Virus record (IMG/VR): IMGVR_UViG_3300027749_000107 | Span: 4,484 to 68,483 of that record | Strand: one strand, 5' to 3' | DNA: 64,000 bases | Origin: a virus | Shown here: positions 43,531 to 54,944 of the stretch, in pieces | Layout: each line of letters begins with the position of its first letter | Position numbering within the stretch: position 1 is the first letter of the stretch | Made by a program: the position numbers and the translations under genes | Notes under the pieces: model-generated | The model's database searches: none | What the model saw: the letters and a program-made list of their open reading frames with translations, nothing else | What the model was told of the DNA's origin: nothing

Positions 43531-45357
43531 ATGTCAAGAATATTAAAAGTTAGCCAGGGAGATTATATAGTTCAAACATCTGGTGAAATTAAATTATCAC
43601 CAGGTTCTACAGTAACTATTAACGGTAACCTTACAGTTACAGGTACGACTACTTCTGTTTCATCTGACAATACTACACTTAAAGATAACATAATTGTTTT
43701 AAATAGCGGTGAAACAGGAAGCAGCATATCTCTAGGTTCATCAGGTATTCAAATTGATCGCGGAAAATTGTTAACTAACCCTATTGCAGCTCGTATACTA
43801 TTTGATGAAACAATAGAACACACGCCGTATGGAGCAGCCAATGTTGGATCTTTTGTTTTAGATACTGCAATTGAAACAACTCCTGGTACGTGGGAACGGA
43901 CATTAAGTAATTTACAAGTAAATGCAATTGAACTTAATACAGTTGCAACAAACGGCAGCGGGATAACATTTAATTTAAAAGATACTAGCACAGTATTATC
44001 AATTGAAGTTGATGCAGATTCAACACCGTATCACGAAAGACTGTCATCACCTAATCAAATTCCTAATGTTAATTTTGTTACTGAATATGTATCAGCAAGT
44101 CTCTTATCAGCTAATCAAATTGCAACAACTGATACTAATAATGATATATTGTCACAAGTATTGTCAACTAGTGAGTCAATTGAATTTTACATAGCCGAAA
44201 CAAAAGTTGGTCAATTTAAATCAACCGGATTACAGGTTGACGCAATTGTAAATTTAACTACAACAACTGCTGGTACAATTGATAACATGTCAATTGGTGC
44301 AACTACTCCAAGTACCGGTAAATTTACGTCTTTAGAATCAACAGATCATGTTACACTTACTGCATCTAATTCAAATATTATTGCTATCACATCCGGTTCT
44401 CTTGGTTCAATTAACAACATGTCAATTGGTGCAACTACTCCAAGTACCGGTAAGTTTACTAATGTAGCAGTAACAACAGATATAAAAATTCCATCAGGAA
44501 CTACAGCTACACGCCCGGTAGTTACGAGCGGCACTACACCGGCTGGTAATCTACGATACAACACAGATATCAGATCTTTTGAAGGATGGAATGGAGCAAT
44601 ATGGGGAGCAGTCGGCGGTGGGTTGCAATCAACACCTGGCATTATTATTGAAAACTTTACAGCATTATCAAACAACTTAGTTAGAGCAGATTCGTCAAAT
44701 GGGTCGTTTACTATTACACTACCAGATGCACCAAATGACGGCGATGTTGTAGGTGTTATTGACGTTTCAAATTCGTTTGGAACAGCTGGTAAAGAAGTTT
44801 ATGTTGTTCCTGGAGCAATTGGCAGTATTGAAGGAACTAGCTCTGTAATATTAGATTTAGATAGCACGTTTGTAACATTTGTTTACATTAGTAGCGGAAC
44901 AAACTGGAAACTTGAACAAACTCCTGCAGGTCCAACCAGCGGCTCAGTAGGTTTAACAAATTTTAATAGCCGAGTAATATCTCGAGCTACAACTACTAGT
45001 GCAGCAGCAACTCCGTTAACATTTGACGGAGGATTACCGACTGCTAATAATCAACTAGTACTACCAAATAACAGCACTTTTACTTTTTCTATATTAGTCA
45101 CTGCAAGACGAACAGATCAAATCGGTGAGTCAGCAGGCTATAAACTTGAAGGAGTAATTTCGCGAAATAGTCTCGCCGGAACTACTGTATTAATCGGAAC
45201 ACCTATTAAAACAGTGTTAGGCGAAACTACTGCTGCATGGGATTGTAATGTCTCGGCAGATCTAAGTAATGGCGGGTTAGCAATAATTGCAATCGGCGAA
45301 CTGAACAAAACAATTAAATGGGTCTCAGTATGTAATACTGCAGAAGTCCTATTTTAA
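43531..45357 (+). CDS. Fibre-like virion structural protein
   Basis: INGNLTVTGTTT...DNIIVLN; IGATTPSTGKFT twice; GNLRYNT...FEGW; FTITLPDAPNDGD.V.VID (gp34 proximal-fibre-like). Confidence 0.7.
   Translation: MSRILKVSQGDYIVQTSGEIKLSPGSTVTINGNLTVTGTTTSVSSDNTTLKDNIIVLNSGETGSSISLGSSGIQIDRGKLLTNPIAARILFDETIEHTPYGAANVGSFVLDTAIETTPGTWERTLSNLQVNAIELNTVATNGSGITFNLKDTSTVLSIEVDADSTPYHERLSSPNQIPNVNFVTEYVSASLLSANQIATTDTNNDILSQVLSTSESIEFYIAETKVGQFKSTGLQVDAIVNLTTTTAGTIDNMSIGATTPSTGKFTSLESTDHVTLTASNSNIIAITSGSLGSINNMSIGATTPSTGKFTNVAVTTDIKIPSGTTATRPVVTSGTTPAGNLRYNTDIRSFEGWNGAIWGAVGGGLQSTPGIIIENFTALSNNLVRADSSNGSFTITLPDAPNDGDVVGVIDVSNSFGTAGKEVYVVPGAIGSIEGTSSVILDLDSTFVTFVYISSGTNWKLEQTPAGPTSGSVGLTNFNSRVISRATTTSAAATPLTFDGGLPTANNQLVLPNNSTFTFSILVTARRTDQIGESAGYKLEGVISRNSLAGTTVLIGTPIKTVLGETTAAWDCNVSADLSNGGLAIIAIGELNKTIKWVSVCNTAEVLF
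44284..44453 (+). repeat. 38-bp exact direct repeat (44284-44321 and 44416-44453)
   Basis: AACATGTCAATTGGTGCAACTACTCCAAGTACCGGTAA occurs twice. Confidence 0.9.
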
Positions 45358-45394
45358 TTTTAAAATAAAACCGTATATCAACAAGGAATTTTAA

Positions 45395-48300
45395 ATGTCA
45401 ATAAATCTTTCAAGCATTCTAAAAGGAGGAACACTACCAGTTATCCACGGTGGTACTGGAGTAACTGTTTCAACAGGTTCTGGAAGTCTTGTGCTATCAA
45501 CAAGTCCTTCATTAGTTACTCCTGATTTAGGAATTGCGACTGCTACTTCTGTTAATAAAGTTGTATTCACAACTCCGTCCTCTGATGCAACTTTGACATT
45601 AGCCGGTGGAAAAACATTAACAGTTAATAACACACTAACGTTTAACGGTACAGATAACTCAACAGTGTTGTTTAGCTCAGGCGGAACAATAATTTATGCT
45701 GCAGATAAACTTTCTGCATTTACATCATCATCGTCATCTGCTGATTTAGCAGGTATTATTAATGATGAAACTGGTTACATAACAGGTGCAAAATTAATGT
45801 TTAGCACTAGCCCGCAAGTAACTACATCATTAACAACTAATTCGGTAAGTTTTGATTTGATTAATACTACTGCAAGTACTGTAAATTTTGCAAAAGCTGC
45901 AACTGCACTTAGCATAGGCGCATCGACTGGAACTACAACTGTTAATAATAATTTACAAGTTGCTGGAAACATTTACTTTAACGGAACTGCTAGTCAACTT
46001 AGCTCAACAACTATTGAAGTTGCCGATACGTTATTAATGTTAGCTAAAAGTAACCCAGCAGACTTAGTTGATATTGGTGTATACGGGTCATATGTTTCTT
46101 CAATTACTAACAATGTAACATACACTGGCTTAATAAGAGATGCAAACGATAATGGCACATGGAAGTTGTTTAGTAGGCTTACTGAGAACCCAACTACTAC
46201 TGCAGATTTTAATACTGCAGTTTATGATAACTTAAAAATAGCTGCATTAACTGCAACTACTGGTAACTTTTCAGGACAAATAACATCAACACTTGCAACA
46301 GGTACTGCACCATTTTCAGTTGTGTCAACTACTCCAGTTACAAATTTAAGTATTGGTGGTAACGCTGCTACTGTTACAACCAACGCAAATATGACAGGGC
46401 CAATTACAGGAACTGGTAATGTTACCTCTATTACAAGTCAAACTGGTACAGGTACTAAATTTGTTGTTGACACTAGTCCAACGTTAATTACTCCTGTATT
46501 AGGAGCAGCAACTGCAACGTCTATAAACGGTTTAACAATATCAAATTCAACTGGTACATTAACTGTTGCAAATTCTAAAACATTAACTGCAAGTAACACA
46601 CTGACATTTACAGGCACTGATACATCAACTGTTGCATTTGGTGCAGGCGGTACTGTTGTATACACGAGCAATAACTTATCTGTATTTTCAACTACTACAT
46701 CTGCTCAATTAGCAGGTATTATTTCAGACGAAACTGGCACAGGGGGATTAGTATTTGCAAATACTCCAACATTAATTACACCAGAAATTGGTGCTGCAAC
46801 TGGTACATCTGTTGTATTAACTAGCGATTCAAAAATTAACGGATTAACAGTTGGTAAAGGTGCAAGCAATATTGTAACCAACACTGCAGTTGGTTATCAA
46901 ACACTGTTAACTAACACATCAGGAGCACACAATTCTGCATTTGGCTACCGATCACTTACACTAGCAACTATTGCAGCAAACAATACTGCAATTGGCGATT
47001 CATCAATGGCATTAACAGTTGACGGTGGAGACAATGTTGCAATTGGTTTTAAATCATTATTAAGCAATACTTCAGGTGCTCAAAATGTTGCAATAGGGGC
47101 ATTTGCAGGTTACAATCTTGGTACTAATGCAAATACTACAGGGACTAACAACACATATATTGGATATCGTACAATTGGATCAGCTGCTGCGAATACAAAC
47201 GAATTAGTAATTGGTGCAAATGCAGTTGGCTTAGGTTCTAACAATACTGTACTTGGTAACACTAACACAACTAACACAACAATTTACGGTGCGCTTTCAA
47301 TACCCAATACTACTGCATCATCAAGTTCTATTACAGGTGCATTAACAGTTGCCGGCGGATTAGGAGTTTCTGGAGACATTTATGTTGGCGGAAATCTAAC
47401 GGTAGACGGCTTAGTTACTACTATTAATTCTAGTACAATCACAGTTGATGATAAAAATATTGAATTAGGATCAACAGCAACACCAACTGACGTAACAGCA
47501 GACGGCGGCGGTATTACATTAAAAGGGTTAACTGATAAAACATTTACGTGGTATGCGGCATCTAATAGTTGGGTAAGTAACGTTGGCATTAAAGCAGACA
47601 GTATTCAAAATACACCAATTGGTTCAATTACTCCTAGTACAGGCGAGTTTACTAGTGTTACTGTTGAAGATGCAGGAAATTTAATATTTAAAGAATCTGC
47701 AATTAACGGCGTAAATTATATTACTATTAAATCACCAAACAGCGTTGCAGTTGATTATGTGTTAACATTACCGGCATCTCAAGGCGCTCGCGGGCAAATA
47801 TTAACCAATGTCGGCACAGGACAATTAGAGTTTACTGATGCTGATGCGTTTGGCGGCAACAGAATCTACGCATCATCAATAAAAGGTGACGATAATAACG
47901 ACGGTATTTCTGCTCCAGTTAGAACAATTAAACGTGCATTGCAGATTGCATCAGGATATGTATATAACTCGATAGGTGCAGTAACAGGAGACCGTGTTGT
48001 AGTATCAGTGTCAACAGGATCTTATGTAGAAAACAATCCAATGATTATTCCTGATAACGTTAGTGTAATAGGTGACGCATTAAGAGCATGTTTAATTAGA
48101 CCTGCAAACGCAAATAAAGACATGTTTAGATTGCGTAATGGCGGTTACTTTGCAGAATTTACATTTAGAGACAATATAACAGCGTTAGGGGTTGCATCGT
48201 TTACATGGGCATACGCTTTTGCATTTGATGATGTATTTGATACTGGATGTAGTCGTGTAGGATATATTAACTTACCAAGTACTAAACCTATCATGACATT

Positions 48301-51300
48301 GTCACCATACATTCAAAATTGTTCTATTATTAGTTTCTTAGGCGGTAATGGTGCATACGTAGACGGGAGTAAAGTTTCTGATCCTAACGTACCAACTAGC
48401 TTATTAGAAGTAGAAATTAACCCAACAGGTGCAGTTCCAGTACAATGCAAATCAATGATCGCTAACGCGTTTACTATGGTTACATTTGGTGGTACTGGCT
48501 GGCGTGTAGTAAATGAAGCATATGTCCAGTTAGTATCATGTTTCCAATTATTTGCATTAAACGGTGTTTATACACAAAGCGGCGGCTATGCATCTATTAC
48601 AAACTCTGCAACTAACTTTGGTAAGTACGCACTTCGCTCTTCTGGATTTTCGCCAACTGCGTATACCTATGATAGAGGTTTTGTTGCAGCAGTTGGTTCT
48701 TCAGGTAGTGATCAGAATATTACAGCAATTGGGTTTACAAGACCAAACGGTCCTGTTGAACAGTATGTTATTAGAATTTATGATAACAATGCATTCACAT
48801 ATAACGTAGCAATATGCCAACGTGATGTTGGGTTTATTATTGATGCAATTAGTTATGATATGATGTTTGGATCTAACTTTAGATCGATTAGTGCTGCAAA
48901 AACTTACTATTCTGCACAAGCATCAACTGTAATTGGATTACAAAAAACTGCAACAATAGCGGCATTTACGTACTTACGAGATTACGTTGCTAATGCAGTT
49001 AACGGTGACCCAACTGCAGGTACATCTGTTATTACTAATATGAATATTATTAATAATATTATCGATACTGGATTAAGCAGTATTCCTGCATACGTGTTAC
49101 CTATTCCTCCTAATCGTGCTGCAGGATATTTAAATGCTGCAAGATTGTTTTATGCTAATAAATCATTTATCCAATACGAAGTTGTTGCATTTTTAAATAC
49201 AAATTATAATACATTATGGAATACAACTTTAAACTCAACACAACGCTCACAATGTACTCGTGACATAGGATATGTAGTTGATGCAATAAACTACGATTTA
49301 ACGTATGGCGGTAACTTAGAAACTGCAGTATCTGCTCGTATGATGAAAAATCAACTAACTGGCGTACTAGTTGAACCACCAAGTGAAACTGCTGCTATTA
49401 CTGCTGTATATTCTAGACTATACAGCATTGCTGAATACATAGTAACAAATTCAACATCATGGATTAAATCAACCGGTAACGTAGCAACGCAGTACATTAG
49501 TGGTACTGCTGCAACACTTGATGCAATTAATGCCACAAAAGCACGTTTAGAAGAAATGAGAGTAATGGTAAGTACTGGAGTTGAACCAACAGTATTGTAT
49601 CCAGATACAACATGGGTTTCAAATGCAAATTTAGTTACTCAGTATTCTATTTTACAAACTAATAAAGATGCAATTAAAGGTTTTGTTACTGATTATATAT
49701 CAACACAATATGGTGCAACTGATAAAACATCAGAATATAAAATGCAATCGCCTGGTTATGTATCTGTAAACATTAATGCAATAACCGGCATAGACTTAAC
49801 ATCAAATGTATTTACTACTAGTGTAAATCACGGATTTAGTAACGGTGACACCGTTGTTTATAATAGCACAGGTCATAGTCCAATTGGCGGAATGTTTACT
49901 GGTGGCACATACTATGTATTGTACTTAAATGCACTGCAATTTAAATTAGCACACGATAATAGTTTAAGTATTTTACTTGATATTGTATCTACTAGCACAG
50001 GTATCCATACATTTGTTAAAAATCAATACGAATTGTGTGTTAATGCAGTGTCTGCCTCTCATAATACATTCCAAACGCTAGTGTTAATATCAAATTTGCA
50101 TACGTTTGAACCTGGTGATCAAATTGAAGCTACGGTTAGTGGATTCCCAGCAAATGCAAGTGTATACAGTTACGATGGTGCAACTACAATAGTAGTTGCT
50201 ATTAATCAAGTTACTATTAACTCAGCACTAGTTCGTAAATTATTCATCGGTGGCAGTTCTACAATTATAAAAGTTAATTCTGCAGACGGTACATCAACTG
50301 TGTTTAGTCCAGGAATTGCAGTAAATACTGCAACACTACGAGCTGATTTGTATGCTGCAACATTTAATGTTGTACCAACCCTAATTGGTGGATCATTTGA
50401 TAATACCGGAACAATGGTAGGTAAACAGATTTACTTCCATAGAGCAAGTATTATTAACTCGTCAAGTCATACTTGGGAATATGCAGGATCAGGCATTGAT
50501 TATAACGCATTACCGGTCAATGGCGGGAGATCTAATCCATTATTTGAACAACAACAAGAAAATGCAGGCCGTGTTTATACTTCAGGTACAAATGAACTAG
50601 GCGACTTTAAAGTTGGTGATTTTATTATTGCGTACAACAGAACAGGTAATATTGAATTTAAAAACACAGTTACTGTTAGTCAATTAAACGTATTAAAATT
50701 AGCATTAAGTGATATTTCAGTTAACGCAATTAGTAACGATATTGGATTAGGCGAAAACGAAGTAGGTGGCCCAACTGACAACAAATTAAGTACCCAATTA
50801 TCAATATGGACTTATGCAAATACTCGATTAGGCGCATTTATTGATAAGTCAGTTAGTACTAATGCAATTCCTGGTGCGCTTGTACAATTAAATGCAACAG
50901 GTCAGATTAATTCTGATTTAATTCCTGCACAACGTACTGCAGCATCAATTATTACATCAGGTTACCGTTCAAGATTACTTGCATACGAAGATGTGCCGCC
51001 TTTCAACTTCTTATCAGGCGATGGCAGTACAGAAGATTTCCAAATAGTTACATTAACATTAAGTTTACCAATAACTGCGTTAGACGGTGCAGTAGTTACA
51101 CAATCAACTAGCGGAGCATCTGGTTTATTAAAAGGAAATCATACTAACGCTACTTCAATATTAGTTGCTAGTGCTACTGCTACATTTATTACGTTATTTG
51201 ATACTACTGCCGCTCATGTTTTAATTATTAATTCTAATTCTGCACCAAGTACAACTGGAACTGCTGTGTATTGTACAACAGTTGGCACTGCAATTGATGC

Positions 51301-54300
51301 AACTGATAACAATGTATTACGTAATTCAGCAACTAGTCAATATTTAGTAGTACCAGCTGGCTCTTATACATATACGTATGTTAACATTAATAAAGTTCTT
51401 CGATACAATAATATTTCGTATCTAGAAACTAGTTCATCTCATTCTTTAGTAACAAATAATCGAGTTAAGATATCACCAGCTATATTAAATTCGTATGCTG
51501 CTACCCCGTTAGTTACAGTATTAAGTTCTACTAGAATTAGATATGCAAATACCGGAACACAAACAACCGCAGCTGCTACAACAACTGCAACTACGACTAT
51601 TATTGCCGGAACTGGAAGTTGCACTGCATCTGTTGCAGCTGCAAGTGTAACAGGCACATTTGCAAATGGTGATTATGTATTCAGTACTGGATCACCTACA
51701 TTGCCACTTGGATCTGTTATATCAGGAGTGTCCGGAACTACAACACTCACATTTACAATTACATTCCCATCTAGTGGTGATTCAGTTTCGTCCTCATCGA
51801 CTGCAACGTTAGTATTCATTAGACCAATTACTGAAACAGGAACAGTAAAAACAGTAATAACAGCAGTAAACAACCATGCACAAGGTGAAGTTACTGAACT
51901 GCGCACAGGTATGGCAACAGCTGTTAATAACTTAGCAATCACTAGTGGTAACGGCTATGTATCAGGAACATATCTTAAAGTTCCATTAACATCAAGTACT
52001 GGATCAGGTGCGTTGGCTAATATTACAGTTACTCAAGGGTCTGTATCTACAGTTGATTTAACTTTTGCCGGTACTGGATATCCATCCAATACCATATTTA
52101 GTGCTTCACCTTCTAATTTAGGTGGAACAGGTGCAGGATTTGAAATTCCTATATCAGCTATTGAAACTAGAATTTACATTAACAATATTGCTGGAAATAT
52201 GTTCATTGGGTCACCAACAGCACCTGACTTTACTAGTGATAACAATAGTGCATCAGTAACATTTACTGCAGCCGGTACTATTGTTAAGTCGTTTGATGCA
52301 GTTTCAAATGTAAACTATGGTACAAACAGAATTACAATTGCAACACACGGGTTTGTTAATGGCGATTGTGTAATGTATAGTCCACTAGCTAATGCATCTA
52401 TATCTGGGTTATCGTCAGTAATTCCATATTTTATTAAAAGAATTGATGCTAATACTGTTGAATTATATGCAGAATATTATCTAACTAATATTATAGCACT
52501 TGGTACTAGCTCAACTGGAACCCATACATTAACAATTAATTCAATCAATACAACAAACAATAGATTTTATGTTGTATCACACGGGTTATCAACTGGTGCT
52601 TCAGTTACAATGTTAGGTAGCAATCTACCATATGTCGGTACTGATCAGATTAGTAACTACGAAACATTCTTTATTGGATCTGTAACTACTAATACATTTA
52701 CGCTGCATATGATTATAAGTGATGCGCAGGCTAGTACACTAGGTGCAATCATTGCTCCGGTTGATATTACCAGTATTGGCGGCAGTACAATATCGTTATT
52801 ACATAACCAAGTTGAGATTACTGGATATTCAAACACTAGTAGTAAAACATTAGCTAACTGGGGATTGTTAACATCGTCAAGTATTGATGCAAGCAATATT
52901 GTGTCAGGCGTGGTTGCAACAAGTAGATTAGCATCGGCAGGAACTGCATCTAGTACAACGTTCTTGAGAGGTGATTCAACATGGTCAACTGCAGTTACTA
53001 GTGTACAGCTTGGAACTGGCAGTGTACTAACCTTATCAGGCACTGGTGGTATTCCGCCACAAGTATTTGGTGCGGTAACAATTGATGTTTCAAAAACTAC
53101 AGCTCCAGCAGATTCAAGTACATACTCATCGTTAGGTGTTGCTAGTTTTAATGTTAGTCAATTTGCTGTCGGTACTGGACTTACTGCAGGGCAAGTGTAT
53201 ATTAAATCAAATACAATAGATGCAGGAACATTGAACGGTAATCTTCCATCATATTTTACAGATCCAAATAATTTATCTTCAGCAATACCGCTTAGTAAAG
53301 GCGGAACTGGAATAACAACTTACGTTTCTGGTGATATGATTTACGCAAGTACAACATCAAGTTTAAATCAGCTTGCAATTGGACCAGCAGGCACTATTTT
53401 ATCTAGTAATGGATCAACACCGTACTGGTCTACATCGTTATCGGTAGCAACTAACCTTAACACTGGTGCAGGATCAGTAACTACTACTAATGCAGGTGCT
53501 GCAAATGTGTTTAATTCAAATGCATTAACTCTTAATATTGGCGGATCAGCAACTAGTGTTTACTTAGGTGCGTCGTCAACTAATATTACGTTAAATGTGA
53601 AAAATTATACAACTAATGGATCAGCAAGTACAACAGTTTCAGCAGTATTTGGCTTGTCAGTAGGAATTAGTACAGTTGCTAGAAATATTAGCGATGTGTC
53701 AACTATTGTTACCAACACAGCACACGGCTTATCAACCGGTGATTTAATTACAGTAATTTGCTCTTCTAATAATACATTTAATGTAAAAAATGTAGCAGTT
53801 TTAGCCATTGTAAACACTACAACATTTACATACACTAATGTTGGCTCGTTAACTACAACAGTCTCAGGTACTGGCAGTGTATATATTGGTGGGTTAGGTG
53901 TTAGTTTAGCAGTAACTGCAGTAAATACCGATACAAAATTAGGGTTTGCTACTACTAGTGGAATTGTTATTGGTCAAGTAGTAGTTGGTGATAGTCACAT
54001 TCCTGCTAATACTACAGTAATTGGAATTGACAGTTCGTATGTATACCTTAGTGCAGCACTTACAGATATAATTGTGTCGCCGGCAACTATTGTGTTTATG
54101 CATACTAATGCAAGTTTAGGCATTGTTGCTGGAAATCGAATAACAATTGCTGGTTCAGGTTTTGCTAATTTAAATGGAACATGGCCAGTTACTAGCGCAA
54201 GTACAAGTTCACCATCGTTTAGCATTGTTATTTCTAGTGCAATAACTGCAACCAATGCACCAAAAGTTGGTACAATTGTAAAAGCTAATTCATTAGTATT

Positions 54301-54913
54301 AAAAAATAGAAATGTAACATTTGGAAGTAGTGAAGCAAGTTCATCGCCAGTTGGTGCTACATTAACAGGTGAAAATGCAGTTGGCACTAATGTTGCAGGC
54401 GTAGATTTTACTATTATTCCAGGAACCGGAACAGGTAATGCTGCAGCAGGTAATTTTGTAGTAAAAACAGGTGACACTGGATCATCAGGAACTGCACCGC
54501 AGCCTGCAACTACTAAACTGTCAATTGACAGTGCAGGGTTAGCAACATTTACACATTCAGTTGTTGTTAATGATGATATTGAAGTTCACGGTGTTGAAAC
54601 TACTATTACTAATACAACAGTAACTCCTGTTAAATCATTCTCAGCAGCAGCATATAGGAGTGCTAAAATGATATTTCAAATAACTTGTACTTCTGGAACA
54701 AATGTTAATACATATCAAATAGGTGAAGTATTAATTATTCACGACGGTACTACTGCATATATGGCAGAATACGGTGATATTAAAACTGGCGCAAATATGC
54801 TAGCAACATTCACTTGTGATATTGACGGGTTAAACAACGTTCGAATTTTAGCACAAGCATTAACTGGTGATACAATTAAAGTTAGAGTAGTAAGTAGTTT
54901 AAACATAATATAA
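45395..54913 (+). CDS. Giant (3172 aa) modular fibre/virion protein
   Basis: Fibre repeats; NTAVG/NSAFG beta-roll; GDDNNDG..APVRTIKRAL followed by a pectin-lyase-like region; CxRDxGxxxDAIxYD repeats; HG(F/L)xxGD repeats; C-terminal YRSAK...EVLIIHDGT domain. Confidence 0.75.
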   Translation: MSINLSSILKGGTLPVIHGGTGVTVSTGSGSLVLSTSPSLVTPDLGIATATSVNKVVFTTPSSDATLTLAGGKTLTVNNTLTFNGTDNSTVLFSSGGTIIYAADKLSAFTSSSSSADLAGIINDETGYITGAKLMFSTSPQVTTSLTTNSVSFDLINTTASTVNFAKAATALSIGASTGTTTVNNNLQVAGNIYFNGTASQLSSTTIEVADTLLMLAKSNPADLVDIGVYGSYVSSITNNVTYTGLIRDANDNGTWKLFSRLTENPTTTADFNTAVYDNLKIAALTATTGNFSGQITSTLATGTAPFSVVSTTPVTNLSIGGNAATVTTNANMTGPITGTGNVTSITSQTGTGTKFVVDTSPTLITPVLGAATATSINGLTISNSTGTLTVANSKTLTASNTLTFTGTDTSTVAFGAGGTVVYTSNNLSVFSTTTSAQLAGIISDETGTGGLVFANTPTLITPEIGAATGTSVVLTSDSKINGLTVGKGASNIVTNTAVGYQTLLTNTSGAHNSAFGYRSLTLATIAANNTAIGDSSMALTVDGGDNVAIGFKSLLSNTSGAQNVAIGAFAGYNLGTNANTTGTNNTYIGYRTIGSAAANTNELVIGANAVGLGSNNTVLGNTNTTNTTIYGALSIPNTTASSSSITGALTVAGGLGVSGDIYVGGNLTVDGLVTTINSSTITVDDKNIELGSTATPTDVTADGGGITLKGLTDKTFTWYAASNSWVSNVGIKADSIQNTPIGSITPSTGEFTSVTVEDAGNLIFKESAINGVNYITIKSPNSVAVDYVLTLPASQGARGQILTNVGTGQLEFTDADAFGGNRIYASSIKGDDNNDGISAPVRTIKRALQIASGYVYNSIGAVTGDRVVVSVSTGSYVENNPMIIPDNVSVIGDALRACLIRPANANKDMFRLRNGGYFAEFTFRDNITALGVASFTWAYAFAFDDVFDTGCSRVGYINLPSTKPIMTLSPYIQNCSIISFLGGNGAYVDGSKVSDPNVPTSLLEVEINPTGAVPVQCKSMIANAFTMVTFGGTGWRVVNEAYVQLVSCFQLFALNGVYTQSGGYASITNSATNFGKYALRSSGFSPTAYTYDRGFVAAVGSSGSDQNITAIGFTRPNGPVEQYVIRIYDNNAFTYNVAICQRDVGFIIDAISYDMMFGSNFRSISAAKTYYSAQASTVIGLQKTATIAAFTYLRDYVANAVNGDPTAGTSVITNMNIINNIIDTGLSSIPAYVLPIPPNRAAGYLNAARLFYANKSFIQYEVVAFLNTNYNTLWNTTLNSTQRSQCTRDIGYVVDAINYDLTYGGNLETAVSARMMKNQLTGVLVEPPSETAAITAVYSRLYSIAEYIVTNSTSWIKSTGNVATQYISGTAATLDAINATKARLEEMRVMVSTGVEPTVLYPDTTWVSNANLVTQYSILQTNKDAIKGFVTDYISTQYGATDKTSEYKMQSPGYVSVNINAITGIDLTSNVFTTSVNHGFSNGDTVVYNSTGHSPIGGMFTGGTYYVLYLNALQFKLAHDNSLSILLDIVSTSTGIHTFVKNQYELCVNAVSASHNTFQTLVLISNLHTFEPGDQIEATVSGFPANASVYSYDGATTIVVAINQVTINSALVRKLFIGGSSTIIKVNSADGTSTVFSPGIAVNTATLRADLYAATFNVVPTLIGGSFDNTGTMVGKQIYFHRASIINSSSHTWEYAGSGIDYNALPVNGGRSNPLFEQQQENAGRVYTSGTNELGDFKVGDFIIAYNRTGNIEFKNTVTVSQLNVLKLALSDISVNAISNDIGLGENEVGGPTDNKLSTQLSIWTYANTRLGAFIDKSVSTNAIPGALVQLNATGQINSDLIPAQRTAASIITSGYRSRLLAYEDVPPFNFLSGDGSTEDFQIVTLTLSLPITALDGAVVTQSTSGASGLLKGNHTNATSILVASATATFITLFDTTAAHVLIINSNSAPSTTGTAVYCTTVGTAIDATDNNVLRNSATSQYLVVPAGSYTYTYVNINKVLRYNNISYLETSSSHSLVTNNRVKISPAILNSYAATPLVTVLSSTRIRYANTGTQTTAAATTTATTTIIAGTGSCTASVAAASVTGTFANGDYVFSTGSPTLPLGSVISGVSGTTTLTFTITFPSSGDSVSSSSTATLVFIRPITETGTVKTVITAVNNHAQGEVTELRTGMATAVNNLAITSGNGYVSGTYLKVPLTSSTGSGALANITVTQGSVSTVDLTFAGTGYPSNTIFSASPSNLGGTGAGFEIPISAIETRIYINNIAGNMFIGSPTAPDFTSDNNSASVTFTAAGTIVKSFDAVSNVNYGTNRITIATHGFVNGDCVMYSPLANASISGLSSVIPYFIKRIDANTVELYAEYYLTNIIALGTSSTGTHTLTINSINTTNNRFYVVSHGLSTGASVTMLGSNLPYVGTDQISNYETFFIGSVTTNTFTLHMIISDAQASTLGAIIAPVDITSIGGSTISLLHNQVEITGYSNTSSKTLANWGLLTSSSIDASNIVSGVVATSRLASAGTASSTTFLRGDSTWSTAVTSVQLGTGSVLTLSGTGGIPPQVFGAVTIDVSKTTAPADSSTYSSLGVASFNVSQFAVGTGLTAGQVYIKSNTIDAGTLNGNLPSYFTDPNNLSSAIPLSKGGTGITTYVSGDMIYASTTSSLNQLAIGPAGTILSSNGSTPYWSTSLSVATNLNTGAGSVTTTNAGAANVFNSNALTLNIGGSATSVYLGASSTNITLNVKNYTTNGSASTTVSAVFGLSVGISTVARNISDVSTIVTNTAHGLSTGDLITVICSSNNTFNVKNVAVLAIVNTTTFTYTNVGSLTTTVSGTGSVYIGGLGVSLAVTAVNTDTKLGFATTSGIVIGQVVVGDSHIPANTTVIGIDSSYVYLSAALTDIIVSPATIVFMHTNASLGIVAGNRITIAGSGFANLNGTWPVTSASTSSPSFSIVISSAITATNAPKVGTIVKANSLVLKNRNVTFGSSEASSSPVGATLTGENAVGTNVAGVDFTIIPGTGTGNAAAGNFVVKTGDTGSSGTAPQPATTKLSIDSAGLATFTHSVVVNDDIEVHGVETTITNTTVTPVKSFSAAAYRSAKMIFQITCTSGTNVNTYQIGEVLIIHDGTTAYMAEYGDIKTGANMLATFTCDIDGLNNVRILAQALTGDTIKVRVVSSLNII

Positions 54914-54944
54914 ATACTGCATATTAGCAGGAAAAGGAGATCGA

